From an uncultured Bacteroidales bacterium (GTDB taxonomy: Bacteria > Bacteroidota > Bacteroidia > Bacteroidales > VadinHA17): a DNA stretch of 64,000 nucleotides. Positions 25,488 to 35,005 of this stretch are shown here, in pieces. Under the pieces are notes generated by a model, which worked only from the letters and a program-made list of their open reading frames with translations, had not been told where the DNA came from and made no database searches. A program made the position numbers and the translations under genes. The stretch spans positions 549,957 to 613,956 of the forward strand of contig CAVTIJ010000004.1 in assembly GCA_963734885.1 (NCBI GenBank), given 5' to 3'. The stretch's first letter is position 1. Each line of letters begins with the position of its first letter.

Positions 25488-26198
25488 TTACTTTACAATT
25501 TCCAGAAGGTCAACTTCGAAAATGAGTGTTGAGAATGGCTTGATGACATCACTTGCTCCGGCTGCTCCGTAAGCTATTGATGAAGGCAGATAAAGTTTAA
25601 ATTTTGATCCAACAGGCATGAGCTGTAATGCTTCGGTCCATCCGGGAATAACACCTGACACCGGGAAGGTCGCAGCTTGTTTTCTCTTTATTGATGAATC
25701 AAATTCCGTCCCATCAATGAGTGTGCCTACATAGTCTACTTTAACCGTATTCTGAGCTGTTGGTTTTGGACCAGTTCCCATTTTAATGACTTCATATTGC
25801 AGACCACTTGCAGTTGTAACTACACCGGGTTTTTCTTTATTCTTTGCAAGAAAAGCTTCGTTCTGATCGATATAATCTTTATATTTTACTTTATCGGTTT
25901 CAGCTTTTTTTGTTGCTTTTAAAGCTTCACGTTTATTGATGTAACCCATAATGTAAGCTCTTGCTGCATCATCCGCCATAATTGGTTTCCCTCCTTTTCC
26001 GTCCATCATTGCTTTTGCGACAACCATTGGGTCGAGATTGAGACTATCTGTTTTCAGAGCATTATAATTAACAATACCGAAAGCGTAGGATAGTGAGTCT
26101 TCCTTGGTTTTTAGTGAACTTTTCAAAGAACTCTTTCCGCAAGAGCCAAGCATTAAAGCTATTACACTAGTCAATACAATTAATCCCTTAATTTTCAT
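25488..26198 (-). CDS. FKBP-type peptidyl-prolyl isomerase (FkpA-like lipoprotein)
   Basis: Lipobox LMLGSCG, an N-terminal dimerisation domain, and an FKBP C-domain (VKVDYVGTLIDGTEFDSS ... LIFEVDLLEI). Confidence 0.9.
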   Translation of the reverse strand: MKIKGLIVLTSVIALMLGSCGKSSLKSSLKTKEDSLSYAFGIVNYNALKTDSLNLDPMVVAKAMMDGKGGKPIMADDAARAYIMGYINKREALKATKKAETDKVKYKDYIDQNEAFLAKNKEKPGVVTTASGLQYEVIKMGTGPKPTAQNTVKVDYVGTLIDGTEFDSSIKRKQAATFPVSGVIPGWTEALQLMPVGSKFKLYLPSSIAYGAAGASDVIKPFSTLIFEVDLLEIVK

Positions 26199-26275
26199 AC
26201 TTTATGTTTTTTAAATTTTAAATTTCCGCTAAGATAATACTTTAGCAGAAGCAAAAAACCTTCAGAAAAATAATT

Positions 26276-26932
26276 TTAAATTTTTATAGCTCTGATCATC
26301 TGCCTCTTCCCCGGGGGGCCCGGTAACAGAGTAACTTCGAATCCACAGGCCTTAAGATTCCTTTTTACCTGTCCTTTTGCCGAATAGGTAACGAGTACTC
26401 CGGCATTGTTGGTGACATCAGCAATAGAACGGAATATATCTCCTGTCCACATTTCTGGCTGTTTGTCGGGACCAAAAGCATCAAAATAGATCAAATCGTA
26501 TGAGCCTTCCGGTTTTATTTTTGTGAAGTCAGTCTCAATTTTTCTCAGATTGAAATTCGGTAAGATTTTCGCACTTGTATTCCAGGGAGCGGCATGGATC
26601 ATATTAAATATTTCCCTGCCTTCTTTGCCTGCAAATTTATGGTGGTTAAGTGAATTAATGATTGAATCTTCAAGCGGATACTTCTCAACTGAAGTATAAT
26701 TTATTTCTCTGATATCCGACTTACACCTTATTGCTGTCAGAAGAGTATTGAGACCTGTTCCAAATCCGACTTCCAGGATATTAAGAGGCGACGATTTGCA
26801 GAAATCATATCCGTTATTTATGAAAATGAACATCGATTCCTGAACAGCTCCATGTATTGAATGGTAGTGCTCATCCATTTCTGGTATGTACAGCGTATGC
26901 GATCCGTCGGATGTTGTTTCGAGTTGTATCAT
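26276..26932 (-). CDS. mnmD: tRNA (mnm5s2U34)-methyltransferase MnmD-like SAM methyltransferase
   Basis: Segments TSDGSHTLYIPEMDEHYHSIHGAVQES and ILEVGFGTGLN, with a length of about 220 aa. Confidence 0.75.
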   Translation of the reverse strand: MIQLETTSDGSHTLYIPEMDEHYHSIHGAVQESMFIFINNGYDFCKSSPLNILEVGFGTGLNTLLTAIRCKSDIREINYTSVEKYPLEDSIINSLNHHKFAGKEGREIFNMIHAAPWNTSAKILPNFNLRKIETDFTKIKPEGSYDLIYFDAFGPDKQPEMWTGDIFRSIADVTNNAGVLVTYSAKGQVKRNLKACGFEVTLLPGPPGKRQMIRAIKI

Positions 26933-26952
26933 AACACAGGCAAAAATAGGTC

Positions 26953-26982
26953 AAATCTGCGTTAATCTGCGAAATCTGCAGG
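26953..26982. repeat. three tandem AATCTGCG words (copy B2 of the ATCTGCG family)
   Basis: The text reads aaatctgcg ttaatctgcg aaatctgcagg and lies just upstream of the mnmD start. It uses the same word as the 2894-2968 element. Confidence 0.7.
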
Positions 26983-27093
26983 AAACTTATCGGTATAGCT
27001 TTTATTAAAGAACTTTTTTCCTCTTTTAAATTGCATTTTTCGCTTGAATTTTGTTTAAGTATAAGTTAAATTATTATACAACATTTAATTGCC

Positions 27094-28029
27094 ATGAAAA
27101 CGAAACATTCAAGAAGGGATTTTTTGAGATTGTCTGCTACAGGTGCTCTTGGTGCATTTGTAATTTCAAAGAGTGACTGGAAGTCGCTCGGTAAGCCAGC
27201 CTCACGGTTTTTGGTTGATGATCCAAAAACTGATGAAATTGGGTTACAGCTTTACACTGTCCGCGATGCAATGGGAAAAGATGTTCCCGGTTCATTGAAA
27301 AAAGTATCAGAAATAGGATACAAACACCTGGAACTTGCAAATTACAGCAACGGTAAGTTTTATGGTTACGCTCCCGAAGAATTCAAGAAGCTGGTGAACG
27401 ACCTTGGGATGGATATAATCAGCAGTCATGCCGGAGTGCCTTTAAATGTGACTGATGACGTGGCAAAGAAAATGGCTGCTGATCATGCAAAGCTTGGCGC
27501 TAAATATTGTATTCAGCCATATATTGATGACAAGGACCGCGGAACAATTGCAGGATATCAGAAAATGGTTGCGGACTGGAACAGGGTTGGCAAAATCATG
27601 AAATCAAATGGAATACAGTTCGGATATCATAACCACAACTTCGAGTTTGGTCCTGTAGAAGGTAAGGTTCCTTACTATGATGTATTTCTTGCAGAAATGG
27701 ATAAGGATCTTATTACAATGGAGCTTGATCTGTTCTGGGCAACAAAGGCAGGACAAAATCCTGTTGAAATGTTTAAAAAATATCCGGGGAGGTTCCAGCT
27801 TTTCCATATGAAGGATGCTTACACCAAAGAAGCTCCTTTCTACAAAACTGCAAGTAATGATTTTGCTCCGGTGGGAGACGGGGTTATAAATTTCAGGGAG
27901 ATCCTTGCAGCGAAAAAGATTGCCGGAATGAAATATATGTTTGTCGAACAGGATCAGACAAAAGACGGTAAACCTTTCGATGATATCCAGGAAAGCTTGA
28001 AAAACTTAACTACAAAGATACTGGCTTGA
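27094..28029 (+). CDS. TAT-exported sugar phosphate isomerase/epimerase (xylose-isomerase-like TIM barrel)
   Basis: Twin-arginine signal SRRDFLRLSATGALGA. AP-endonuclease-2/TIM-barrel-like segments are present (ELDLFW, FHMKD). Confidence 0.85.
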   Translation: MKTKHSRRDFLRLSATGALGAFVISKSDWKSLGKPASRFLVDDPKTDEIGLQLYTVRDAMGKDVPGSLKKVSEIGYKHLELANYSNGKFYGYAPEEFKKLVNDLGMDIISSHAGVPLNVTDDVAKKMAADHAKLGAKYCIQPYIDDKDRGTIAGYQKMVADWNRVGKIMKSNGIQFGYHNHNFEFGPVEGKVPYYDVFLAEMDKDLITMELDLFWATKAGQNPVEMFKKYPGRFQLFHMKDAYTKEAPFYKTASNDFAPVGDGVINFREILAAKKIAGMKYMFVEQDQTKDGKPFDDIQESLKNLTTKILA

Positions 28030-28050
28030 GATTTTTTAAGTCATCACGCA

Positions 28051-28085
28051 AAACCCCGGCGAATCATATAACCGGGGTTTTTATT
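28051..28085 (+). terminator. rho-independent terminator
   Basis: Stem aaaccccgg (28051-28059) with ccggggttt (28072-28080), followed by a T-rich tail. Confidence 0.75.
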
Positions 28086-28121
28086 TATTATACCTTGGTT
28101 TCTTAATTCTGATTAAATAAT

Positions 28122-28129
28122 TATATTTG
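28122..28129 (+). promoter_or_regulatory. candidate Bacteroides-type -7 promoter element (TATATTTG) for the heavy-metal RND operon
   Basis: Matches TAnnTTTG and lies 31 nt upstream of the ATG at 28160. It also argues against the listed TTG start at 28127. Confidence 0.35.
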
Positions 28130-28159
28130 CGTTCCACAAAGCTGAAAAGCTTAGAAACG

Positions 28160-28528
28160 ATGATCTTAAAAAAACTGCGTATTTTTTCCCTTTTGCTGGC
28201 GGCATTTGTATTCAATGCGCATATGATCATACCTCATGATCATCACAGTTCTGATTCTGATTTTTGTCAGAACCCGGTCTCAAAGACATCTCATCATCGG
28301 GGATTTCCTTCTCATTGTCATGCATTTAACGGTCTGGCTACAGAAAAAGCTGTCGTTTACTGCAAAATAAAACCTCATCAGGTACAGGAATTTGTACCGG
28401 GAAGTGCGCCTGATACTTTGCATCCCGCCTTTGAGTCTTTTAAACTGGAAGTTTATAATACACTCCTGACTGATCTTACAGATACCCCTGAATATCTGTC
28501 GCTGAGAGCTCCTCCCTCGTTAATCTGA
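28160..28528 (+). CDS. small His-rich exported or membrane-anchored protein, first gene of the metal-efflux operon
   Basis: Hydrophobic N-terminus MILKKLRIFSLLLAAFVFNA, followed by HMIIPHDHHSSDSDF...SHHRGFPSHCHAF. Confidence 0.5.
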   Translation: MILKKLRIFSLLLAAFVFNAHMIIPHDHHSSDSDFCQNPVSKTSHHRGFPSHCHAFNGLATEKAVVYCKIKPHQVQEFVPGSAPDTLHPAFESFKLEVYNTLLTDLTDTPEYLSLRAPPSLI

Positions 28529-28632
28529 CGCATTGTCCATCATCTATTTACAGGTTGTTCACCACTGTGTGTCACTGTATCTTATTTTATGGATTCATCA
28601 TCACTCAGCACTAATATTAATTATAACAAAAA

Positions 28633-31600
28633 ATGATTGACAGGATTATCTCATTTTCAGTAAAAAACAAATTTATTATCGGATTATTTGTTTTTGCCCT
28701 TATAGGATGGGGAACCTTTTCCCTTACCAGGCTGCCAGTTGATGCTATACCTGATATCACTAATAACCAGGTTCAGATCATTTCAATTGCACCATCTCTG
28801 GCAGTACAGGAAGTAGAAAGTTTCATAACATCTCCGATTGAAGTTGCTGTGGCTAATATTCCCGAAATAATTGAGTTACGATCTATTTCAAGGCTGGGTT
28901 TATCTGTTGTTACCGTAGTATTTGAAGATGGAGTTGATATTTATTGGGCAAGACAGCAGTTGAGTGAACGATTAAAAGAAGCTGAGGAATCAATTCCCGG
29001 CGGCCTTGCTCAAATCTCTCTCGCTCCGATATCTACCGGTCTTGGAGAGATATATCAATACCGGCTTTCAGTGGAAAAAGGATATGAGAAGAAATTTAAT
29101 CCAATGGAGCTGAGAACTCTGCAGGATTGGGTTGTGCGTCGGGAAATGCTTGGAACGCAGGGAGTTGCAGATATTAATAGCTATGGCGGTTTCGTCAAAC
29201 AGTATGAAATAGCAGTCAATCCTGAAAGACTCAGAGGAATGAACCTGACTTTAACCGATATCTTTAATTCTCTCGAGAGAAACAATGAAAATACAGGAAG
29301 CGCTTATATCGATAAAAATCCTACAGCTTATTTCATCAGAGGAATAGGGTTGGTGAAATCCCTTGAAGATATCGAACGGATAGTAGTTAAAACGACAGAG
29401 TCAGGAGTTCCGGTTTTAATCAGGGATATTGCAACGGTACAATTCGGAAATGCAACACGTTATGGCGCTTTCGTAGTTGACACTACTGAAGCTGTCGGTG
29501 GTGTTGTGATGATGTTAAAGGGAGCAAATGCCCATGAAGTTATTGAAAATGTTGAAACCCGTATTCAGTCAATTCAAAAGTCTTTACCAAAGGAGGTAAC
29601 TATTGAGCCATTCCTTAATCGCTCCGACCTGGTAAGCCGTGCAATAGGAACAGTTTCGAGAAACCTGCTTGAAGGCGCACTGATTGTGGTATTTGTGTTA
29701 GTCTTGCTTCTCGGAAATTTGAGAGCTGGACTTATTGTGGCATCAGTCATACCGCTTTCCATGCTTTTTGCTGTTTCAATGATGCGAATATTCGGGGTAT
29801 CAGGCAACTTAATGAGTCTGGGCGCAATTGATTTCGGACTTATTGTTGACGGGGCCGTAATTATTGTTGAAAGTGTAGTTCACCGGATCTCAATGAGTAA
29901 ACATCATCATCCTGATGTGGCAACATTAAATCAGGAACAAATGGATGAAAATGTACTTGATTCGGCAAAACGGATGATGAGTTCAGCAACTTTTGGCCAG
30001 ATAATCATTTTGATAGTATACCTGCCTATAATGGCGCTGGTAGGCATAGAAGGAAAAATGTTCCGCCCAATGGCTCAGGTGGTGACATTTGCTCTGATAG
30101 GTGCGGCAATATTATCTCTTACATACGTTCCTATGATATCTGCCCTTTTCCTGAGTAAAAAGACCGACCATAAACCTAATTTTTCCGATAAATTTATGGA
30201 TTGGATACGTTTTATTTTCGATCCTGCTATCGCTTTCGCATTAAAAAGGAAACTGATAGTGTCTGTTTCAGCAATATTGTTATTTTTATTCAGCCTACTG
30301 CTTTTCAGCAGGTTAGGAGGTGAATTTATACCTCAGCTCGAAGAAGGCGATCTCGCATCGAGCGTCATAACTCTTCAGGGTGGCTCACTTACAAATACAG
30401 TGAGTGATGTAATAAAAGCAAATAAAATACTGCTCGATAACTTTCCTGAAATTAAGCATACCGTTTGTAAAATTGGATCAGGAGAAATACCAACAGATCC
30501 AACTCCCATGGAAACAGGAGATTATGTAATTACACTGAAAGATAAAGATGAATGGGTTTCGGCTGCATCGAGGGAAGAGCTGGTTGCTAAAATGGAAGAG
30601 AAACTAGTTCCTCTGGCAGGTGTTAAGTTTGAATTTCAACAACCTATAGCGATGAGATTCAACGAACTAATGACCGGATCAAAACAGGATATTGCTATAA
30701 AAATATTTGGTGATGACCTACTTCTGCTTTCTGAAAAAGCTGCTGAAGTCGAAAATCTGATCCAGCCTGTTTCCGGTGTACAGGATATAAATGTTGAAAA
30801 AGTCACCGGACTCGCTCAGATCCAGGTTGAATACAACCGTGATCGCCTTGCTCAATATGGACTTTCTGTTGCTGATGTCAATCAGGTATTGCGGGCAGCT
30901 TTTGCAGGAAGTCAGGCAGGGGTTGTTTATGATGAGGAAAAGAGGTTCGGGCTTGTTGTCAGGCTCGATAAGGATTACAGGCAAAGTCTTGAGGATGTTA
31001 AAAACTTAACAGTTGCTCTTCATGACGGACATCAGATACCATTCGAACAGGTGGCTGAAATATCTGTAAAATCAGGTCCTGCGCAGGTTTCCAGAGAAAA
31101 TACCAAACGACGGATAACAATCGGGTTCAATGTAAGGAATCGTGATATCCAGAGCGTAATTAAAGATGTAACAGGAATAATCGATCAGAAAATCCAGTTG
31201 CCAACAGGGTATTACATATCATACGGCGGACAGTTCAAAAATCTTGAAGCTGCACAAAGGAGGCTTTCTATTGCTGTTCCGGTAGCACTTCTTTTAATAT
31301 TCGTACTGCTGTACTTTACATTTAATTCTGCAAAACAATCTCTTCTCATCTTTACCGCTGTTCCGATGTCAGCAATTGGCGGAGTATTTGCATTGTGGAT
31401 AAGAGGAATGAACTTCTCAATATCGGCAGGTGTCGGTTTCATCGCCTTATTTGGAGTTGCGGTTCTGAACGGGATCGTGCTCATAGCTGAGTTTAACAGG
31501 CTTGAAAAAGCAGGCATAAGTGATATAACTGAGCGTGTTCTCAAAGGTCTTCATGCACGGCTGCGTCCTGTGATAATGACTGCCGCTGTAGCTTCTCTTG

Positions 31601-33021
31601 GGTTCCTGCCAATGGCTCTATCAACCTCTGCAGGAGCTGAAGTACAAAAACCACTGGCTACAGTTGTCATAGGCGGATTGATAACCGCAACTCTTCTCAC
31701 TCTGCTTATCCTTCCCGTTTTCTACATCTTCTTTTCTGAAACGAACTTCAGATTCATATTCGGGAAGGGGAGAGCCAGAAAACTTGTGCTCATTGTTTTA
31801 CTGACATGTACGGCATCAATATTTAATGTAAAGGGACAATCTTCACGAAAAATTAATTTGCATGATGCAATCCAGACGGCTTTAGACAGTAATCTTTCAG
31901 TCAGATCAGCCTCATTGTCAATAGATATGCTGAAAGCTCTGAGGGGAACATCCCTTGATCTTCCTAAGACAGTAATCGATGGTCAGTATGGCCAGTTTAA
32001 TTCGTTGAGCAACGATAATAGTTTTACAATTTCGCAGTCATTCGCCTTTCCTTCTGTTTATATTAATCGCTCCCAGCTTACGAGAGCAAATATGAAAAGT
32101 GGTGAATTGCAATATCTGGTTTCTCAACTGGAGATAGCGACACAGGTGAAACAGGTTTTCTGGCAATACGTCTTCCTCACCTCTAAACAAAATTTGTTAG
32201 TCTACCAGGATAGTCTTTATTCAGGTTTTTTACACGCTGCTGAATTAAGGGCGAAATCAGGTGAGACAAACCGGCTTGAAATGATTACTGCACGTTCACA
32301 GAGCCTTGAAATTGGGAATCAGTTATACCAGGTAAATTCCGACATTTCAATTTGCGGACGAAAACTTATGGTCTTGTTAAATACAAAAACTATTCTCATT
32401 CCCGCAGTCAAGGAACTGGGGAAGATAGAATTTTCTCTGAATTCTGACAGCATCTCTGTTTCCCGGAACCCATATCTTGGCTATATAAAACAACAGGTGG
32501 AGGTATCGAAGATTGAGAAAAAACTTGAACGCAGTAAGTTACTTCCCGATTTCAATATCGGCTATTTCAATCAGTCAATGGTTGGAGTACAGGAGGTTAA
32601 CAATCTTCCCCGGAATTTCGGTAAAGGAGACCGGTTTACCGGAGTACAGGCGGGAATAGCATTTCCTCTGTGGATTACTCCTTTTACTTCTCGTGCCAGA
32701 GCCGCAAAAATTTCTGAAGACATAGCCCGAACAAATTCTGAAGGCTATTCTGAATCACTTAAGGGTAATTACCAGGCAATGCTCGACGAGTACAAAAAAT
32801 ATTCTTCAAGCGTTGATTATTACGAAAAGCAGGCTGTTCCTGAGGCTGACATTATTATTGATCAGGCAACACGGAGTTATAAAGCCGGCGCACTTGATTA
32901 CCTTGATTACGTAATAACCCTGAACAGAGCATTGACTATCAGGCAAAACTATCTGGAAGCCTTAAATAACTTAAACCAGAGCATTGTTTCACTCGAGTAT
33001 ATAACCGGCAAAATATTTTAA
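28633..33021 (+). CDS. CusA/CzcA-family heavy-metal RND pump fused in frame to a TolC/CzcC-like outer-membrane-factor domain
   Basis: 1462 aa. Residues 1 to about 1035 have the CzcA layout (GAIDFGLIVDGAVIIVE, LFGVAVLNGIVLIAEFN). A hydrophobic linker KLVLIVLLTCTASIF follows, then about 390 aa of TolC-type repeats. Confidence 0.9.
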   Translation: MIDRIISFSVKNKFIIGLFVFALIGWGTFSLTRLPVDAIPDITNNQVQIISIAPSLAVQEVESFITSPIEVAVANIPEIIELRSISRLGLSVVTVVFEDGVDIYWARQQLSERLKEAEESIPGGLAQISLAPISTGLGEIYQYRLSVEKGYEKKFNPMELRTLQDWVVRREMLGTQGVADINSYGGFVKQYEIAVNPERLRGMNLTLTDIFNSLERNNENTGSAYIDKNPTAYFIRGIGLVKSLEDIERIVVKTTESGVPVLIRDIATVQFGNATRYGAFVVDTTEAVGGVVMMLKGANAHEVIENVETRIQSIQKSLPKEVTIEPFLNRSDLVSRAIGTVSRNLLEGALIVVFVLVLLLGNLRAGLIVASVIPLSMLFAVSMMRIFGVSGNLMSLGAIDFGLIVDGAVIIVESVVHRISMSKHHHPDVATLNQEQMDENVLDSAKRMMSSATFGQIIILIVYLPIMALVGIEGKMFRPMAQVVTFALIGAAILSLTYVPMISALFLSKKTDHKPNFSDKFMDWIRFIFDPAIAFALKRKLIVSVSAILLFLFSLLLFSRLGGEFIPQLEEGDLASSVITLQGGSLTNTVSDVIKANKILLDNFPEIKHTVCKIGSGEIPTDPTPMETGDYVITLKDKDEWVSAASREELVAKMEEKLVPLAGVKFEFQQPIAMRFNELMTGSKQDIAIKIFGDDLLLLSEKAAEVENLIQPVSGVQDINVEKVTGLAQIQVEYNRDRLAQYGLSVADVNQVLRAAFAGSQAGVVYDEEKRFGLVVRLDKDYRQSLEDVKNLTVALHDGHQIPFEQVAEISVKSGPAQVSRENTKRRITIGFNVRNRDIQSVIKDVTGIIDQKIQLPTGYYISYGGQFKNLEAAQRRLSIAVPVALLLIFVLLYFTFNSAKQSLLIFTAVPMSAIGGVFALWIRGMNFSISAGVGFIALFGVAVLNGIVLIAEFNRLEKAGISDITERVLKGLHARLRPVIMTAAVASLGFLPMALSTSAGAEVQKPLATVVIGGLITATLLTLLILPVFYIFFSETNFRFIFGKGRARKLVLIVLLTCTASIFNVKGQSSRKINLHDAIQTALDSNLSVRSASLSIDMLKALRGTSLDLPKTVIDGQYGQFNSLSNDNSFTISQSFAFPSVYINRSQLTRANMKSGELQYLVSQLEIATQVKQVFWQYVFLTSKQNLLVYQDSLYSGFLHAAELRAKSGETNRLEMITARSQSLEIGNQLYQVNSDISICGRKLMVLLNTKTILIPAVKELGKIEFSLNSDSISVSRNPYLGYIKQQVEVSKIEKKLERSKLLPDFNIGYFNQSMVGVQEVNNLPRNFGKGDRFTGVQAGIAFPLWITPFTSRARAAKISEDIARTNSEGYSESLKGNYQAMLDEYKKYSSSVDYYEKQAVPEADIIIDQATRSYKAGALDYLDYVITLNRALTIRQNYLEALNNLNQSIVSLEYITGKIF

Positions 33022-33033
33022 ATCCCGACTATC

Positions 33034-34218
33034 ATGAACCAAATAAAAATTAAAAGTTTAGTATCGCTGATTTTGTCCGTAATTTTAATTGTCGCCTGCA
33101 GCAGGATAAAACCAGTTTCAGCAGATCAAAAAACTGCTGAAATCCTTCCCGAGGACATAATTGAACTGCGCGCCGACCAGATTAGTCTGGCGAAAATCGA
33201 ATTAGGAACGGTAGAAATGAAGCCGCTGGGGAAGATAATAAAAGTTAATGGTACTATATCAGTTGAACCTCAGAACTTTGCGACCGTATGTATGCCCTTT
33301 GGCGGTTTCGTGAAAAGCACCACTCTCTTTGCCGGCAACGCTGTTCGCAAAGGTCAAGTGCTGGCAACAATAGATAATCAGGACTTCATTGATGTTCAGC
33401 AGGCTTATCTAGAAGCAAAAAACAAACTTGAATTCACAGAAGCCGATTTTAAACGTCATACCGATTTGTACAAGAATGATGTTTATTCAGAACAGAACGT
33501 CCAGCAGGTGACTGTCGAATATAAGAATCTCAAAGCTCTGGTAAAATCATTAGAGCAAAAACTTATTCTGATTGGAATAAATCCGTCAACACTTAATGCT
33601 GACAATATAAGCAGTACTGTCAATCTGGTATCCCCAATTGATGGATTCCTAAAATCTGTTAATGTCAATATCGGGAAATACGTTACGTCCTCGGAGGTGT
33701 TATTTGAAATTGTAAACAACGATAAGCTTATGCTCGAGCTGTCCTTTTTTGAAAAAGATGCATCAAAGGTGTCAAAAGGTCAGAAAGTAAAGTTCTTTAT
33801 AAATAATGAACCTGAGGAGCATGAAGCGCTGATAACGCAAACTGCTAAATCGGTTCTGCAGGATAAAACTTTTAAGGTGTATGCCACCGTATCGAGCCTG
33901 TGTAAAAATCTTCTCCCCGGAATGTATGTCAGTGCGCTTGTTTCGGAATCAAGCGATATGGTAACTGTTCTTCCTTCGGATGCAATTGTAAGCTTCGATG
34001 ACAAGGATTTTATATTTGTTTTTGATAAAGAGAAAGTAGAAGCGGGCAAGAATTTCACCGAATATAGAATGGTAGAAGTTAAAAAGGGAGTATCCGATTC
34101 TGGTTTTACGGAAGTAAAAATACCTGAAGGAATTAATCTGAATACTTCTAAAATTGTAAGAAAGGGAGCCTATAGTATCCTTTCGGCAAAGAAAAATGCG
34201 GGGGAAATGGCATGTTAA
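33034..34218 (+). CDS. efflux RND periplasmic adaptor (CzcB/CusB-like)
   Basis: Lipobox ILIVACS and an HlyD-type barrel-sandwich/coiled-coil pattern. It starts 12 nt after the pump gene. Confidence 0.85.
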   Translation: MNQIKIKSLVSLILSVILIVACSRIKPVSADQKTAEILPEDIIELRADQISLAKIELGTVEMKPLGKIIKVNGTISVEPQNFATVCMPFGGFVKSTTLFAGNAVRKGQVLATIDNQDFIDVQQAYLEAKNKLEFTEADFKRHTDLYKNDVYSEQNVQQVTVEYKNLKALVKSLEQKLILIGINPSTLNADNISSTVNLVSPIDGFLKSVNVNIGKYVTSSEVLFEIVNNDKLMLELSFFEKDASKVSKGQKVKFFINNEPEEHEALITQTAKSVLQDKTFKVYATVSSLCKNLLPGMYVSALVSESSDMVTVLPSDAIVSFDDKDFIFVFDKEKVEAGKNFTEYRMVEVKKGVSDSGFTEVKIPEGINLNTSKIVRKGAYSILSAKKNAGEMAC

Positions 34219-34230
34219 GGGGTACTGCTA

Positions 34231-34830
34231 TTACCAGTTAGAATCGTACCATGATCTTACGTCAGTTGCAGACATGCCGGCCCTGATTGCGGCGTCAATA
34301 CCCAGGTCGCCATCCTCAAATACTTCAATAAACTGGGGATCAATGTTCATAAGCGACGCACATTTCAGGAATGTTTCAGGGTGAGGCTTAAAATTGTCCA
34401 CATCATTTGCCGTTACAATTATTTCAAAATATTTACGCAAGCCGGTAATCTCAAGAGTTCTCTCAACTGCCTCCCTGTGTCCTCCGGTTCCGACAGCCAT
34501 TGGCAGTATGCCAAAATATTTTTTAACTATACTTACAACCGGCAGGATGGGTTTTACAAGATGCTGGTCTTTATAATATTGAATGAGTTTTTCCTCCATT
34601 ATCTGGCTGGTTGTGACATTTCCTCCAAGATCACATTTTCTTATAATCTCTTCAGCAATTATCCAGCCAGGACTGCCTGTATGTTTCCTCAGGAAAGCTG
34701 TGTCGATATCAGCCCCAAATTTTCTGCACGCCAGCCTCCATCCTTTAAAGTGAAATGGCATGGTATCAGCGAGAGTTCCATCCAAATCAAAGATCAGTCC
34801 CTTAATACCAGGCTTAATATCGTATTCCAT
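34231..34830 (-). CDS. HAD-IA family hydrolase (beta-phosphoglucomutase-like)
   Basis: Motif I LIFDLDGTLADT and motif IV FEDGDLGIDAA. Confidence 0.85.
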   Translation of the reverse strand: MEYDIKPGIKGLIFDLDGTLADTMPFHFKGWRLACRKFGADIDTAFLRKHTGSPGWIIAEEIIRKCDLGGNVTTSQIMEEKLIQYYKDQHLVKPILPVVSIVKKYFGILPMAVGTGGHREAVERTLEITGLRKYFEIIVTANDVDNFKPHPETFLKCASLMNIDPQFIEVFEDGDLGIDAAIRAGMSATDVRSWYDSNW

Positions 34831-35005
34831 TTTTTATTAATTGGCGCAAATGTAACAACTTTTAAACTCATTCAATATTAAAAAATAACATCGGTATTTG
34901 AATTTTTGTATCTTGCCCCGTCTAAATATGATCTTCATAAAAAAATATTTTCCAAACTGACAAAACAGGAACCTCCTTTTTTTAGTTATTAAAGATCAAA
35001 TTAAC

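Noticed and set aside
28633-34218. The heavy-metal efflux clusters (28.1-34.2 kb and 59.3-64 kb) as a horizontally acquired island or mobile element.
   Set aside because: There is no integrase, transposase, tRNA target, direct-repeat boundary or obvious compositional break visible by eye. The flanking genes are ordinary chromosomal genes.
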